Positions 32,894 through 46,400 are shown, numbered from the stretch's first letter. The stretch: 64,000 nt of DNA from Caecitellus pseudoparvulus (GCA_965644315.1 CBFFRQ010000013.1:806001-870000), one strand, 5' to 3'. Program-made: numbers and translations. The notes: a model not told the origin generated them from the letters alone.

Positions 32894-33555
32894 ATGAGCG
32901 GCAGGCGCAGACGGCCACGCCACCAACGCGACGCTGTCCAGAGCCAGGAGGATGGTGAAGCGAGTCAAAAGCTGGAGACGCTCAGGCTGCAAGCTAAAGA
33001 CCTTGAGTCCAGGCATGACGCCGTCTTGAAGCGCTTGCAGGAGCTTGACTGGCTTCACGCCAGGTGCGCAGATCTTGCACGGTGCAACTGGCGCACGGCT
33101 GCCCTCACTACCATGCCGCCCTGCCCGTGTGCAGAATGCATGCATTGTGGGGCAGGCTGAAGGAGGACGCGGAGCGCCAAGCCAGGGCCGTAGAGCGCGC
33201 AGCTGTGAGACAAGTGACTGTGCGTGCATCAAGGGTCGTGGCCATCGTGGGTGCCGGTCCTCACGCGCCCCCCCCCCTCATGACCCCGCCTGTGCAGGGA
33301 GAGTCGGCTGCAGTGATCCGGGAACGTGTGACGCTCATGCGAGAGCTGCAGGAGCGTGCTTTGTTGGAGCGAGTGCAGGACATCTCCCAACGCAGCGACT
33401 ACATCACCCGCATGCAGCGGTACGCGTGGTGCCGCCAGTTCTCCTTCGAAGTGTACCGGGTATGGGGCAGCTTCTGCCTCTGGCTGGTGCGTTTCCTGCC
33501 CTGGCTGGATCCACGCACAAACCTTGAAGATGCCCGCCGATCAGGCCAGGGCTGA
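32894..33555 (+). CDS. Small coiled-coil hypothetical protein, 3 exons
   Basis: ATG at 32894; two GT-AG introns (~33064-33155, ~33214-33297) give a continuous E/R/Q/L-rich helical protein. Confidence 0.55.
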
Positions 33556-33769
33556 GGGGCGGCGTCTAGCCTGCACTGCCACCCATGGAGGTGGACCAGG
33601 CGAAGCAAGGGCTGCAGCATGGAGATAGCTGGAGACAACATCGTGCATTGCAGGACAGAAGGCTCGACAGGCAAGCATCCGGACAAGCAGTGTGGAAGTG
33701 GGGCGGCGCAGCAGCAATTTCCGCCCGTTCCCAAGCTCCTCCACGTGTGCCAGCGCGGGCGGGCCACAC

Positions 33770-34158
33770 TTAAACGTGGTCTGGGAAGCAATCTGCGAAG
33801 CTCATCTTGCTGTGCTTGGATTCGAAGTGCTGCTCGAGGTCAGTGCGGTTGGAAACGTTCATGAAACTCGCTGGGAAAGGTGACAACAGCAACTCCAGTG
33901 CGATCAGGCTCCGCTTGCAGCAGCAAGGGTGCGGACTCACCCCGGCAAACTTGGCACACAACGTTCATGGCTGCGGCGCGGGATGCCATGCCCTTCGACC
34001 CGCCGCCTCCCTGCCTGCAGTGCGAAGCGCCGCGGGCTGGTGTGGCGCCCGCCATTCGGCCCCAGCCTCCTGTTGCCAGCTCACCCCTTCTTCTTGTCCC
34101 TGGCGGCCTTCTTCTCGCGACTCTTCTGAGCCTTGCCGGCATTACTTCCCTTTCCCAT
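33770..34158 (-). CDS. ZNF706/At2g23090-like small C2H2 zinc-finger protein, 3 exons
   Basis: Spliced: MGKGSNAGKAQKSREKKAARDKKKG-QGGGGSKGMASRAAAMNVVCQVCR-ASFMNVSNRTDLEQHFESKHSKMSFADCFPDHV. Confidence 0.85.
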
Positions 34159-34523
34159 GCCGATTTGCGTTGCTTGACCAGGCGAGACGGTGCCCAGCAG
34201 GTGCACTGGTCACCCGAGCGAAACGCACGTTCACCGACGAGCCGATTGAGGGCTCTGCACTCTTTTGGCGGACACAGCCGGCTGAAAGAGTCACACCACA
34301 CAACACACAGCGCGAGGGGCACACAGAACGCACAAAAATTGCACGCAGTGTCCGTCTGTGATTCGCCCAGCCGACGCCTGTGAGGGCCATCCAGCCGGGT
34401 GGCGTGACATCGAAATAAAGCAATGCCAAGGCCAGCCCAACGCAAGCACAGGCAACGCCAATCCTGACCATGGCCATGGCATGAATGAAACTGCCTCAGC
34501 ATGCGCAGGCGGGCGGGGAGAAC

Positions 34524-36086
34524 TCACGGTCTGTCCTGCGTTGCCAGCTGCTCACCGAGTGCCTCGTGCAGGTCACTGGCATAGCGCAGCCCAGCGTGCC
34601 AGTGCTGGGGAAACTCCTCCAACTCCACTGCAGCGCCACCCCAGTGAGCCACTAGCAGCATGCAGGCAGCCACATGGGTGGCGTCAGCCGCCAGCGGCGA
34701 CACGCTCGTGCTGGCGTGCGGGTTGTACAGGAACCCAAATCCGAACGGGCCCGTGGCACGCGCCAGCACCTCCGTGCCTGCCCACAGCAGGACTGCAGAA
34801 GCCGCTTGATCCGCTGCAGCCCCTGCCACAGTGGGTGCAAAGGGCAGCGGTGAGGTGGCTTCCTTCGCCCCGCTCAGCTCGGCAACGTAACCTTGCCTGT
34901 ATGCCTGCCAGGCCGCGGCGCCTGGGCAGGCAGTGGACAGAAGTGGCTGCGAGTCAGCAGCAAGAACTGGGCTGGGCGAGCCAGCCTCGTGGTGTGGTGT
35001 TCTGCCAGCCTTGCTCGTCTCTCGAGGACCCTCGGCAGCCCACACGTGCGCATGCATCCAGATGTGGGCAAAGGTGTGTGCGACATCCTGCACCGGCCAC
35101 CCCCAGTGACAGAACTCCCAGTCAATGGCCGCTAGGCTGGCGTCTGTGCCTTTGTGCGTTTCGGCCCGCACCATGTAGCTGGGCAGCCACGCATCGCCAT
35201 GCGTGAAGCAAACCCCCTCCGCACCCCCCGCAAACGCGGCACCAAAGGCGCACGCTGTGCGGAGGGCTGCTTCCAATGCACTGCGTGGGCCAGGGGGCAG
35301 CTCCTGCACAGTGCCTGCGAGGGCAGCTTGGGCGCCGCTGAACTGCATCACGCTGCGCACTTCTTGGATGTTGCGGTTGGCGAAGCAGGACGGGGAGAGC
35401 TCGGGGGACGGTTCCCGGGACATGTGCACAGTCACACTCCCGTGCAGCACCCCATGCAGCTGCCCGACTTTGGAGAACGGCGTGCAAGGCGTTGTGGAGC
35501 TGTCGCTTGCCTCCCATGCGGTCCACCACTCGTTCAGTGGCTGCCATTCCGACGGATGCAGGTACTCCATGACCAGGACAGCACTATCTTTCGATGTGCT
35601 GCTGCCAAGGAGGACCGGAACCGTGCACTGCCGCTGTGCGAGGAGTTCTTGCAGCTCTGCGCAAGCATTTAGCCAGCGGAAATTGCGGCTTCTGGGCAAC
35701 GATTCCCTGACCGCGCGACGCACCCCCTTCGCCCAGGCCTTTGAGGGCTCTGGCTTCGACGTCCCCTCGATCTTTCGTCAAGGTCACTGTGCAAGGAGAC
35801 ACTTCAGCCCCCGTTCCATGCCTTGTTGCAGCAGCGCTGTGTCACGCGCATGCGCACCTGGGCCATGCAGTGCCTGCACAACCTTCACCACGCCGTGGGC
35901 CTTGCCCTGCTCTGCATGGAACACCCTGTTCAAGAAACCACCGGACAGGGGCATGAGTGAGACGTCTTCTCCCCCAGCCTCGCCATCACCATGGCTGTGG
36001 CCCTGCATGCTTGCGTGCCAGGCCTGGCGAGCCTTGGCTTCCACGGGGCATGTGTGGCTCGCGCCGCCTGCCTCCACAGCGGCCAT
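34524..36086 (-). CDS. APH / methylthioribose-kinase-like phosphotransferase, 3 exons
   Basis: LSGGFLNRVF, VVK, R-GDVEARAL, VMEYL, HGDAW, IDWEF, DVAH; two GT-AG introns between ~35.66 and 35.86 kb. Confidence 0.8.
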
Positions 36087-36212
36087 CACAGGAGCGGGGC
36101 AGCAGCAGGAAACATTGCATGCAGTGACACCCAGATGGCACTGCGCAGCTCCAACCTCTGCTCTGCTTGTGGCGCGAACAATGCATTATGGGGGGGCACC
36201 GCAGTGTGCAGG

Positions 36213-36999
36213 TCAACCGCTACCCTGTGGCTGCAGCCCCAGCACAGCCTGCACCAGACCCAGCACAGTCCGGGTGCAGTTCCAGTCTGTGAGGTAAGGC
36301 GCACGCACCCGGTCCCAGGGGGGGGGTACCGCCCGCTGATCAGCCCTCCCGCAGTCCCGCCCGCCACGGGTGTGTGCATGCGCATCTGGCGGGCCCAGCG
36401 CGGCCCATCCCAGGTGCCCCAGCAGCACAGCCTTCAAACCGTGTAAAGAGTGGTCGAAGGGGTCACTGGGGGCCGCTGCTGCGTGGGCAGTGGCCGAGCA
36501 GGGCATGCCCAGCACCAAGTCACCCTCCTCATCCAGTTGACTCGCATGGCCGCCTGCCGCGCTGCAGGAGGCAGCAGACAGCGCCGACAGGCCTTGGAGT
36601 GGCAGTGTGTACATCTCCGGAGCACAGAAGGGGTAGTCCTTGCCGTACCGCACGAGGATGAGGGGTGGTGGGTTGAGGCATGTGCTGACGCCACCAGTCA
36701 CCGTAAGGGTGTCTGGAAACGCCAGCACGAAGCACCGGGGGGCTAGGTGGATCTGCGCGACATCCACCGCCCCATCCACTTCCCGCAAGTCTGTGCAGAG
36801 CACAGGGGCCGCTGGGTGCGCTGGCTGGCAGGCGCTGCATTGGTGCGCTGAGCTCACCTGTGCTCATGCGCAACTGCGCACGACACCTGAGGCGCCTGGA
36901 GCGTTTTGGAGATCCTTCCTCCGCCACAGTCTCCGCAGGGACAGCAGTTGCAGTCATGGAGACATCGGCCCCAAGACGTCGTTTCGTGCCGCGGGCCAT
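36213..36999 (-). CDS. UBC-fold protein, Ubc12-like, catalytic Cys apparently absent
   Basis: Spliced (intron 36857-36791): AQLRMSTDLREV...YGKDYPFCAPEM...LDEEGDLVL...DWNCTRTVLGLVQAV. Confidence 0.6.
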
Positions 37000-37457
37000 G
37001 CTGTGCTGCCCAGTGCCAAGGTGCACAAGTGGCGGCATCAAATTCCGCCTCGCACCAGGCCAGGATTTGCCGCCAAAGGAGTGCGGCAGTCGCGAGGAGG
37101 AGGGGGCTGAATGACAGCACCACACGGGCGGCGACAAGCCGTCCCTGTGTGCGCCGTGCGCAATTTGAGTGCGGCCGCTGCGACGCCGGCTCGATGCCAA
37201 GCAACCCGCACGCTCACCACGCCGACACAGACAGCACCCCCGTCGGCAAATCAAATTTAAATTGCGCGAACGCCCGGAAGCTCCGTGCATATTCAGGTGT
37301 TGCTGCCGAGTGTGGCTCGCCTGTTGCGCTTCGCTGCCTCTGTTGCTGCTCGGCGGCGCCTGCACTGCAAGGTTCACCTGCAGGTGGGCTGCCCCAGCGA
37401 CGCTGAGGCTGGGCCGCCAGGAGGCCCGACTCAAGGCCTAGAAGACTCTGCCACACC

Positions 37458-40400
37458 ATGGCTGCGGCAGGTGCGTGATGTGGTGCTGCGCGGGGCGAGG
37501 GCATCGCGCCGTGTGCGAGTGCGCCACGCAGCTGCAAGCTGCCCTATTGCCGCAGCGGCCTTCCCCGCGAAGCGGCAGGCGGCGCCAAGCAGGCGCAGTG
37601 GGGTGGCTGCAGCAAGTGCAGCAGTGCCCAATGGCATGTTTGTGCTCGCCAGCTTGCCCTCGTCCGTGCCGGCGGCAGGCAGCGCTTCACGTGTTCACCC
37701 CGCCTCGACTGTGGTGTGCAGATTTTTCTCTGGCGTCCACGGGCGCCTCCAAGCGCCATGTGTGGGTGCGCGATGACGTGCAGGCGTGGGTGCCTGCCAC
37801 CATCGTGGACGAGGAGGGCGACAAGGTGAAGGTGGAGCTGGGCGGTAATGCCCGCACGCTGCGCACGATGAAGCGGGGGGAGTTGGGCCCGCTCATCTCC
37901 CGGGAGGAGAGCCTGCACGTGCACCTGGACGACATGGTGAAGATGGAGGACGTGAACGAAGCCACCATCCTGCACAACGTCCGCATGCGCTTCAAGGAGG
38001 ACCTCATCTACACCAACATCGGCACCATCCTCGTGTCCGTGAACCCCTTCAAGTGGATGACGGAGCTGTACGCGTCGCACATGGTGGACCGCTTCCAGCA
38101 GGTGACACCGGGCGAGCTGACACCGCCCCACATCTACGCCGTCGCCAACGCCGCCATGATGGGCATCCGGGATGAGCAGGAGGACCAGAGCATCATCATC
38201 TCCGGCGAGTCGGGTGCCGGCAAGACAGAGGCCACGAAGAAGTGTCTGCAGTTTTTTGCAGAGGTCACCTCCAAGAACGCCAAGGAGGCCAGCGCCGCGG
38301 CGGGAGCGGCTGCCGCCGGTGCTGGCGCGTCAGGGGGCGGGGCCAAGACCGGCATCGAGCAGCGCCTGCTGGCAGCCAACCCGCTGCTGGAGGGCTTTGG
38401 CAACGCCAAGACTGTGCGCAACAACAACTCCTCGCGCTTCGGGAAGTGGATGGTGGTGCACTTTGACGACCGCGTGCGCATTTCCATGTGCCACATCGAG
38501 AACTACCTGTTGGAGAAGAGCCGTGTCGTCTTCCAGGCTCGTGGTGAGCGCAACTACCACATCTTTTACATGATGAACGTCGTGCCCGACGCTGACCTGA
38601 AGCGCACCCTGGGAACCTCCAGTGCTGCCGACTTCCACTTCTGCTCCCAGGGCGGCTGCAACGTCGTGGAGGGCATGGATGACGCGAAGGAGTTCAAGGA
38701 GCTGCTGGAGAGCGCCGACGCGCTGGGGCTGCCGAAGGAAGAAGTGCAGCAGCTGTTCCGAGTTGCCGCCGCCGTGCTGCACATGGGAAACCTGCAGTTC
38801 GAGAGCAGTGATGGCGACCCACAGTCTCCCGCTGCCCTGGTGCGCAGTCCATCAGTGAAGAAGGCGCTGGCAGAAGCGTCCCGGCTCCTGGGTGTGCCTG
38901 AAGAAACGCTCGCGTCAGTGTTCCTGCACCGACTGCTGGTGGTGAACGGCAAGGCGACAGAGGCGCCATTGAAGATGCACGAGGCGGCAGCTGCGCGGAA
39001 CACCTTCGCCAAGACGCTGTACGACCGGCAGTTCGACTGGATCGTGAAGCGCATCAACACGTCCATGGCGGGGGACGTCACCCGCACCAAGACCAAGATC
39101 GGCGTCCTGGACATCTTCGGCTTCGAGATCTTCGAGCACAACTCCTTCGAGCAGCTGTGCATCAACTACTGCAACGAGATGCTGCAGCAGCACTTCAACT
39201 ACAACGTGTTCAAGGCGGAGCAGGAGACGTACCGCTCCGAGGGCATCGACGCAAGCGAAGTGAAGTACATCGACAACCAGGATGTGCTGGACCTCATCGA
39301 GAAGAAGGCCGACCCTGCGGGCGTGCTGCACATCATCCAGCAGGAGATCCTCTCCCGCCGCGGCACGGACAAGGGCTTCCTGACCAAGATGAACGCGACA
39401 CACAAGGCCAACCCCCGGTACGTCATCTCCGATGTGCGGAAGAAGGACATGGGCGAGATGGACTTCGGCGTGCGGCACTACGCGGGGACGGTGGTGTACG
39501 ACAGCACCTCCTTCATTGAGAAGAACGAGGACACGATGATGACCAACTTGAAGAACTTGGGCATGGCCTCCACCCTGCCCTTCGTCTCCAAGGTCCTCTT
39601 CAAGCGGGAGCAGGCCGAGGCGGCCGACCCCAACTCGTCCCGCAAGCGCCCCACGACCGTGGGCAAGGCCTTTGCAGACAGCCTGAAGAAGCTGAACATT
39701 GAGATGAACAAGACGCGCCCTCACTACGTGCGCTGCATCAAGCCCAATGCCGTGAAGAAGCCAGACATCTTCGACGCCAAGCTGTGCCTGCAGCAGCTGC
39801 AGTACGCGGGTGTGTTCGAGGCAGTGAAGATCCGGCAGCAGGGCTTCCCCTTCCGATGGACACACGACATCTTCTACTCGCGGTACCGTGGCTGCGCGAC
39901 GGACCGGTCCTTCCGCAACAAGTACAGCGCCAAGGAGAACTTCAAAGCCAAGTGCACAGCGCTGCTGAAGGACCTCACAGCCCAAGCGCCTGTCCTGGGC
40001 AAGTGCCAGGTGGGCAAGACCATGGTTCTGTACCGGGCGGAGCCCCACCGCATTCTTGAGATGATGCGTGACATGACACGGGACGCCGCTGTGCGGGTGC
40101 TGCAGCGCACCGTGCGTGGCTTCTTCGGCCGCAAGCGCTTCTTGCGCCTGGTGGTGGTGCGGGTCATGATCAAGAAGGCCATTGAGGAGCGTTCCCTGGA
40201 GGCGCTGCAGAAGGCCATCAAGCAGGGGGAGGAGGAGTGGTTTCAGATCCCCGACCTGGCCCCCGCCCGCGTCATGTGCGAGCGCTTGGCGGCTGAGAAG
40301 GAAGCCCTGGACGCCCTCAAGACGCTGTTGGCGAAGGACCCACTGGAGGCGTATGCGGAGTTCGACGGCGCGCTGAAAAAAGCCAAGGGCCTGGGCCTGC

Positions 40401-43400
40401 GGGGGCACCCCACGTACGTGCAGGCGGACAACAAGTTCAAGACGGTGCGGGAGATGGCGGAGACGAAGGGGCGCCTGACCAAGGGCCTGGACTTGGGGGA
40501 CAAGGGCATGATCATGGCTGCCCTGGCCAAGGCAGACGAGCTGAAGGCACAGTGGGGTGACTTCATCAAGCCAGAAGACCGTGCCCGTGTGGAGAGTGTC
40601 CTGAAGGTCATCGCAGCGGAAGAAGCCACCCTGTCTGCCGTAGTGGCAGCCCTGTCCAGTGGCGCCATCGCTGGCTCCGTGGGCTCTGTGGACGTGTCGT
40701 CCGTGTCCACGGGCGAGTTGGACCTGGCCTTGGCCAAGGCCAACCAGACTGAGATCCGCACGGCTGCGGGTAAGCATCTGCTGGAGAGCGCCAAGTGCGT
40801 GCGCCGCATGCGCCAGGGCTTCGTGGCGACGGCTGCTGCCGATTCGGACGGCAACTGGGCTGCCACCGAGGCGGCTGTGAACGAGTGCGTGAACCTGCAC
40901 AAGGCTGAGACGTTTGCGCCAGCCGCTCTGGACGAGCTGCGCCTGGCGGCGGCAGAGGTGCGTGACCGGCGGGTGGCGCGGCGTCTGGCCAAGGCCATGC
41001 GTGTGGGCGCTGCAGCGGGGTCTGTGGGCAGTCTGGCCATGGAGAGTGTTGAGTTCGGGCACCTGCAGACGCATGTGACGGAGTTCGAGGAGCACAAGAA
41101 GCTCACCAGTGGCTCTGCTGCGGGGGCCGGCGCCGCCGCGCTGCCCCTTGCAGACGAGGAGGATGAGGACTCCCCTGAGAGCCGGGACCTGCTCAACGGT
41201 CCAGCTGCGCGCAAGGCGCCGTACTCCGCCAAGGTGCAGCGCCTGTACGACTCGGTGGCGCTGCTGCTGAAGTTGCGCAAGGCCATGAAGAAGAAGGACT
41301 GGTCTGGCATTCGCCGTGCCTGCACAGAGGCCCAGGCGCAGGGCGTGACGCCAGAGGCGCAGCCTGAGTTCGACATGGCTCAGGACGAACACAACAACCA
41401 CACCATCGTGTTCGGCCTGTCGGATGCGCTCAAGGCCGGCATGGCCGAGGGCGCCGTGGGGGACCTGGACACAGACGTCATCGAGACGGACAAGTTGGCG
41501 GGGCAGATCGAGGTGGCGACATCCCTGGGGCCAAAGACGGGCCAGGCAAAGGCGCTGCTGGCGGTGGCGGGCGTCATCCTGGAGGTGCGCCGCACCATGC
41601 AGGACCACGACTGGGACGAGCTGGGCGACATCGTCAAGCGTGCCGCCACCGTGGACAAGGCTCACATTCCCGAGGTCACCCAGCGAGAGCTGCAGGTGGC
41701 GCGGTGGGAGAGCGAGAACGTGGAGATCGTGGACTCCCTGAACGAGGCCCTCGCAGAGGGCGCCGCCTCTGGCGCGGTGGGGGAGGTGGACCTCGCTGCC
41801 GTGGACCTGCGGGGGTTGAAGGATGCCCTGACCAAGGTGGACCGCCTGGGCTGCCGCACGAAGGAGGCCTCCTGGCTGCGGGAAGTGGCCACAGCGGTGC
41901 TGGACCTGCGAGCGGCCTTCCGCGGGCAGGCCTGGTCAGAGCTGCAGTCCCACATTCTGAAAGTGCGGTCTCTGGACCGCTCCCGCGGCACTGGTGGCGC
42001 CAAGGAGGAGTTTGCCAAGGGCAAGGATGTCTCCGCGACCTCAGGCCGGCGCCTGTCCAAGCGCATGTCCCTGGCCCCTGGCACCCTGACCATGCAGGCG
42101 CTGCAGGGCGGCATGGCTGGCGCCCGAGGCAGCATCAACATGAAGTCGCGCCGACAGAGCGCCGTGTTCGGTGCAGGCGGCATGATGGGCGGAGGCGGGG
42201 CCCGCCCCGCGCCCGCGGCAGGAGCTGGGCGGGCGGGCCCTGGCACTGCCCTGGGCACGAGCATTGACATCGCGGAGAAGGTGTACAAGTTGCCACCGCC
42301 CACTGTGGGCGAGCTGCGTGTGCTGCAGCTGGAGCTGGACAACCACGAGATCATCTCCAGCACCACTGACGCGCTGCAGGAGGGGCAGCCCAGCGGCCCT
42401 GTGGGCGGCATGTCCACCGCTGGCCTGGACATCCAAGGCCTCTCCGACGTCGTGGACGCAGCTGAGAACCGGGGGCCAAAGACGGCCACCGCCAAGTGCC
42501 TCGTGGCCAGCGCCAACCTGGTGCTGAAGCTGCGCCGTGCCGCTGCCAAGGGGGACTGGCGCGACATCACTGTGAACCTGCTGCCGAAGCTGCACAACCC
42601 ATACGCAGAGGCGGCGCGGGCCAGCATCCTGGGCGACGGCAGCGCCTCCGGCGTGGTGGAGGTGGACCCTGCCACGGGCAAGGTCAAGGCGCGTCCTGCC
42701 GTGAAGACCGGCTTCACGGAGGACGGCCGCATCATCCTGCACGAAGCAGCCAGCATCGAGTGCGAGCGGTACCAGCTGGAGGCCAACTACTTGCAGGTGC
42801 TGGACGAGCTGTCTGACGCACTGCGGGTGGGCGCTGCCTCCGGTCAGGTGGGGTCTCTGGACATGACCACCGTGGATGTGCGCGGGCTGGCCAAGGCCAT
42901 GGACACTGCCAAGCAGTTGGGCACCTTTACCGAGCGCCTGCGCCACTTGCAGGCCCTTGCGCGCCTGATCTGGCAGATGCGCTCGGCGCTCCTGGATGCC
43001 GACTGGGTGGGCGTTGAGTCCCTGCTGGAGGCTTCCCGGGACCTGCTGGGCATTCGCAAGCCCCTGCCGCCAGGGTGCGAAGTGCTGGATGAGACGCTGA
43101 ACGAAGTCGCCCTCATGCGTGCCGAAGTGGACAACCGCAAGGTCATTGGCATCCTGAAGCGGGCGCTGTTGGAGGGACGCCCAGACGGGGACATCGGGCA
43201 CCTGAACCTCGCCTCCATCTCAGTGGAGCCACTGGAGGATGCGCTGGAGGTGGCGCTGCGCCTGGGCGCCAAGACGCCCGAGGCCAAGTGCCTCGTCTCC
43301 ACCTGCATCCACATCCGGGCCATGCGCATCGCGCTCATGGGCGGGCAGTGGGACCGCCTGGGGTCTCTTATCCTGTACGCCAATGCCGTCATCCAGCGCG

Positions 43401-46400
43401 TGGCGCCGCCCCCTGCCGCAGGTGCCAGTGCCACGCCTGGGGTATCCCCCGTGCAAGACGGCGTCATGGGCACGTGGAGTGTGGCAGAGGAGCACGTGGA
43501 TGCGCTGGCAGCTGCAGCAGACGCCTCTGGCTCTGCCGTAAGCCGCGCGCAGCTGCGCTTCGACCTGTGGTACGACGGCATCGCAGCAGACGCCGTGCCG
43601 GAGGTGGAGGTCATGCATGCGGAGCAGAAGAACCGCAACGTCATCGTGTACCTGACGGAAGCCCTGCGCACCGGGGCGGCGTCCGGCACGGTCGGCGCCC
43701 TGGATGCCTCCACCGTGGACGTCTCCACCCTGGACTGGACCATCAACTTCGCCCAGAAGGTCGGCTGTGCGACGGTGGAGGCACAGCAGATGGTGGTCAC
43801 GGCCCAGCTCGTGCGCCGCGTGCGGCACGCCCTGCTGGACCGCAACTGGCAGCACCTGGAGCAAGTGCTGACGGAGGCGCACGGCAAGGTGCTGGCTGAC
43901 ATCGTCGCGCCCGAGGTCCGGCTGGCACAGGATGAGCTGGACAACCGGGCCATCCTGACGGAGCTGACGTCAGCGCTGGCGCGCGGCAAGCCTCAGGGCC
44001 AGACAGGGCGCCTGTACGTGGGCAGCATCGAGACACAGCCTCTTGCTGACGCCATCGCCCTGGCAGGGCGCCTGGGCTGCAAGACAGAAGACGCACGGCA
44101 GATGCTGTTCACGGCCAAGGTCGTCGCTCGCCTGCGCCACTGCCTGCTGTCCGGGGACTACAATGAGGCGGCGCTGACCCTGGACGCCGTGCGGGGCAAG
44201 AAGCTCGCCACGGTGGCCATTGCCGAGGTGCGGGCAGTGCAGGATGAAGTGGACAACTGGGTCGTCATGACAGGCCTCACGGCCGCCATGAAGACCGGCA
44301 CGGTGCAGGGCGACATCGGCGCCCTGTCCACGGATGGCATCCTGACGGAAGCCCTGACGCGGGAGCTGGAGCGGGCGCGGGAGATCGGCGTCAAGACGCC
44401 CGATGCACAGCGCCTGGTGGCCAGTGGCCAGCAGCTGCTGGCGCTGCGCCACGGCGTCATGGCCGGGGACTGGGAGCGCGTGCGGGAGGTGGTGGAGGAG
44501 TGCGCGGACATGGAGCTGGCAGACATTGCCGTGGCGGAGATCCAGCTCCTGCACGACGAGCTGAATGACCGCCAGATCACATCCATGCTCACCACCGCCT
44601 TGACCACGGGCGGCCCCAAGGGAAAGGTGGGGGACCTGTCCCTGGACGCAGTGGAGGTGGCGCTGCTGGACGCCGCCATTGCCGCCGCCGTGGACACGGG
44701 TGTCAAGACCGAGGCGGCTGCCAAGCTGCTCACCTCTGCCAAGATTGTGCGCCGCCTGCGCTCCGTGCTGCTGTCTGGCAACTGGGAGTGGGTGGGCAGC
44801 GTCCTGTCCGACGCGCGAGAAGTGAAGGAGGACTTCCCCCTCGTGTCCCTCCGGGAGCTGCAGCTGGTGCAGGATGAGCTGGACAACCGCAGCATCCTGT
44901 CGGCCCTCACGGCGGCGCTGTCTGCTGGCGGTCCCTCCGGCACGGTGGGGGACCTCGCCCTGGCTGGCGTGGACACGGCTGGCCTGGACGCCGCCATCAA
45001 CTACGCCAAGACCCTGGGCTGTAAGACCATCGAGGCGAGCCAGATGGTGGCCACGGCCCAGCTTGTGCGGCGCCTGCGGCAGAGCCTGGTGGCAGGTGAC
45101 TTGGCCCTGGCCAGCGAGATGCTGGACGGCGTCAAGGGCAAGGTGCTGGCGGCCGCCGCCGCTGACGAGATGCAGCTCATCAAGTACGAGGTGGACAACT
45201 GGATGGTCATCTCAGGCCTGACGGATGCAGTCGCGACCGGCGCCGCCAGCGGCTCCCTAGCCCGCATCGACGTGTCCACCGTGGATGTCTCTGCTCTGGA
45301 CGACGCCATTGCGCTGACCATGAAGCTGGGATGCCACACCCCCGACGCCCGGCGGTGTCTGCTCACCGCCCTCCTCGTGCGCCGCCTGCGAGCCAGCCTG
45401 ACGGAGGGAGACTGGCCCTTCCTGCGCCAGGTGCTGGCGGAGGCGGAGGCGGAGGAAGACTCCATCATCGCGGCTGCCAAGCCCGAAGTGCACCGGGCCC
45501 GGGACGAGCTGGAGGTGCGGGACACGCTGCAAGAGCTGCAGTCCGCGACAGAGGCGCAGGACGAGGACGCGCTGGCCTCCGCCCTCGCCCACGCCTCCAA
45601 GTTCTCCCTGTCCACCCACCCAGACAAGGACATTGTGGCGACAGTGGAGGCTGCCAGCTCCGCCCTGGGGCGTGTGCAGCGCGCCAAGGCGGCCCTGCGG
45701 GCTGCCATCAAGGCCATGTCGGCCGCCGCCCTGGTGGACTCCATCGCAGGCGCCGCCAGCCTGGGCTTGACGGGGTCCCTGGTGGATGAGGCACGTGCGA
45801 CGCTGGAGACGGTGGAGAGCCTGACTCGTCGTGCCAGTGGCGCGCTGCGCGCCATGGACAAGCCCGGCATGCAGCAGGCCCTGGCTGCCTGCCAGAAAGT
45901 GGGCCTGTCCATCCCCGTCCTGGATGAGATCCGCACGTCCCTGGCCCTGCCCGAGGCAGAGTTCATGCGCCGGGAGCTGGCGGCAGCAGTGGCCATGGAG
46001 GACGGCGACCGCATCATCACCCTCACCATGCGCCTGAAGGACATGTTCTTCAAGGAGGAGGAGGCGGCAGCGGCGCGGGAGGGGCGGTCCTCCTCCTTCG
46101 CCCTGCGCGACTTCCCGCACCTCAAGCCCGTGGCGCTCTTCGCCAAGCGCCACGGCGTCGCGGACACGTCCCTGGCCGAGGCCATGCTGTCCCACCAAGC
46201 GGACCCCATCCACACCAGCCTCACCAGCATTGACGATCCCGCCGTGCGCCGCCTGGCCGTGAAGATGTTCCGCAACGCCCTGGCGTTCATGGGGGACAAG
46301 CAGATGTCCAAGCCCCTGGTGCTGGCGCAGGAGACGGTGGAGATGGCCATCACGTACCCGGAGCTGCGGGATGAGGCCCTCATCCAGGTCACCAAGCAGC

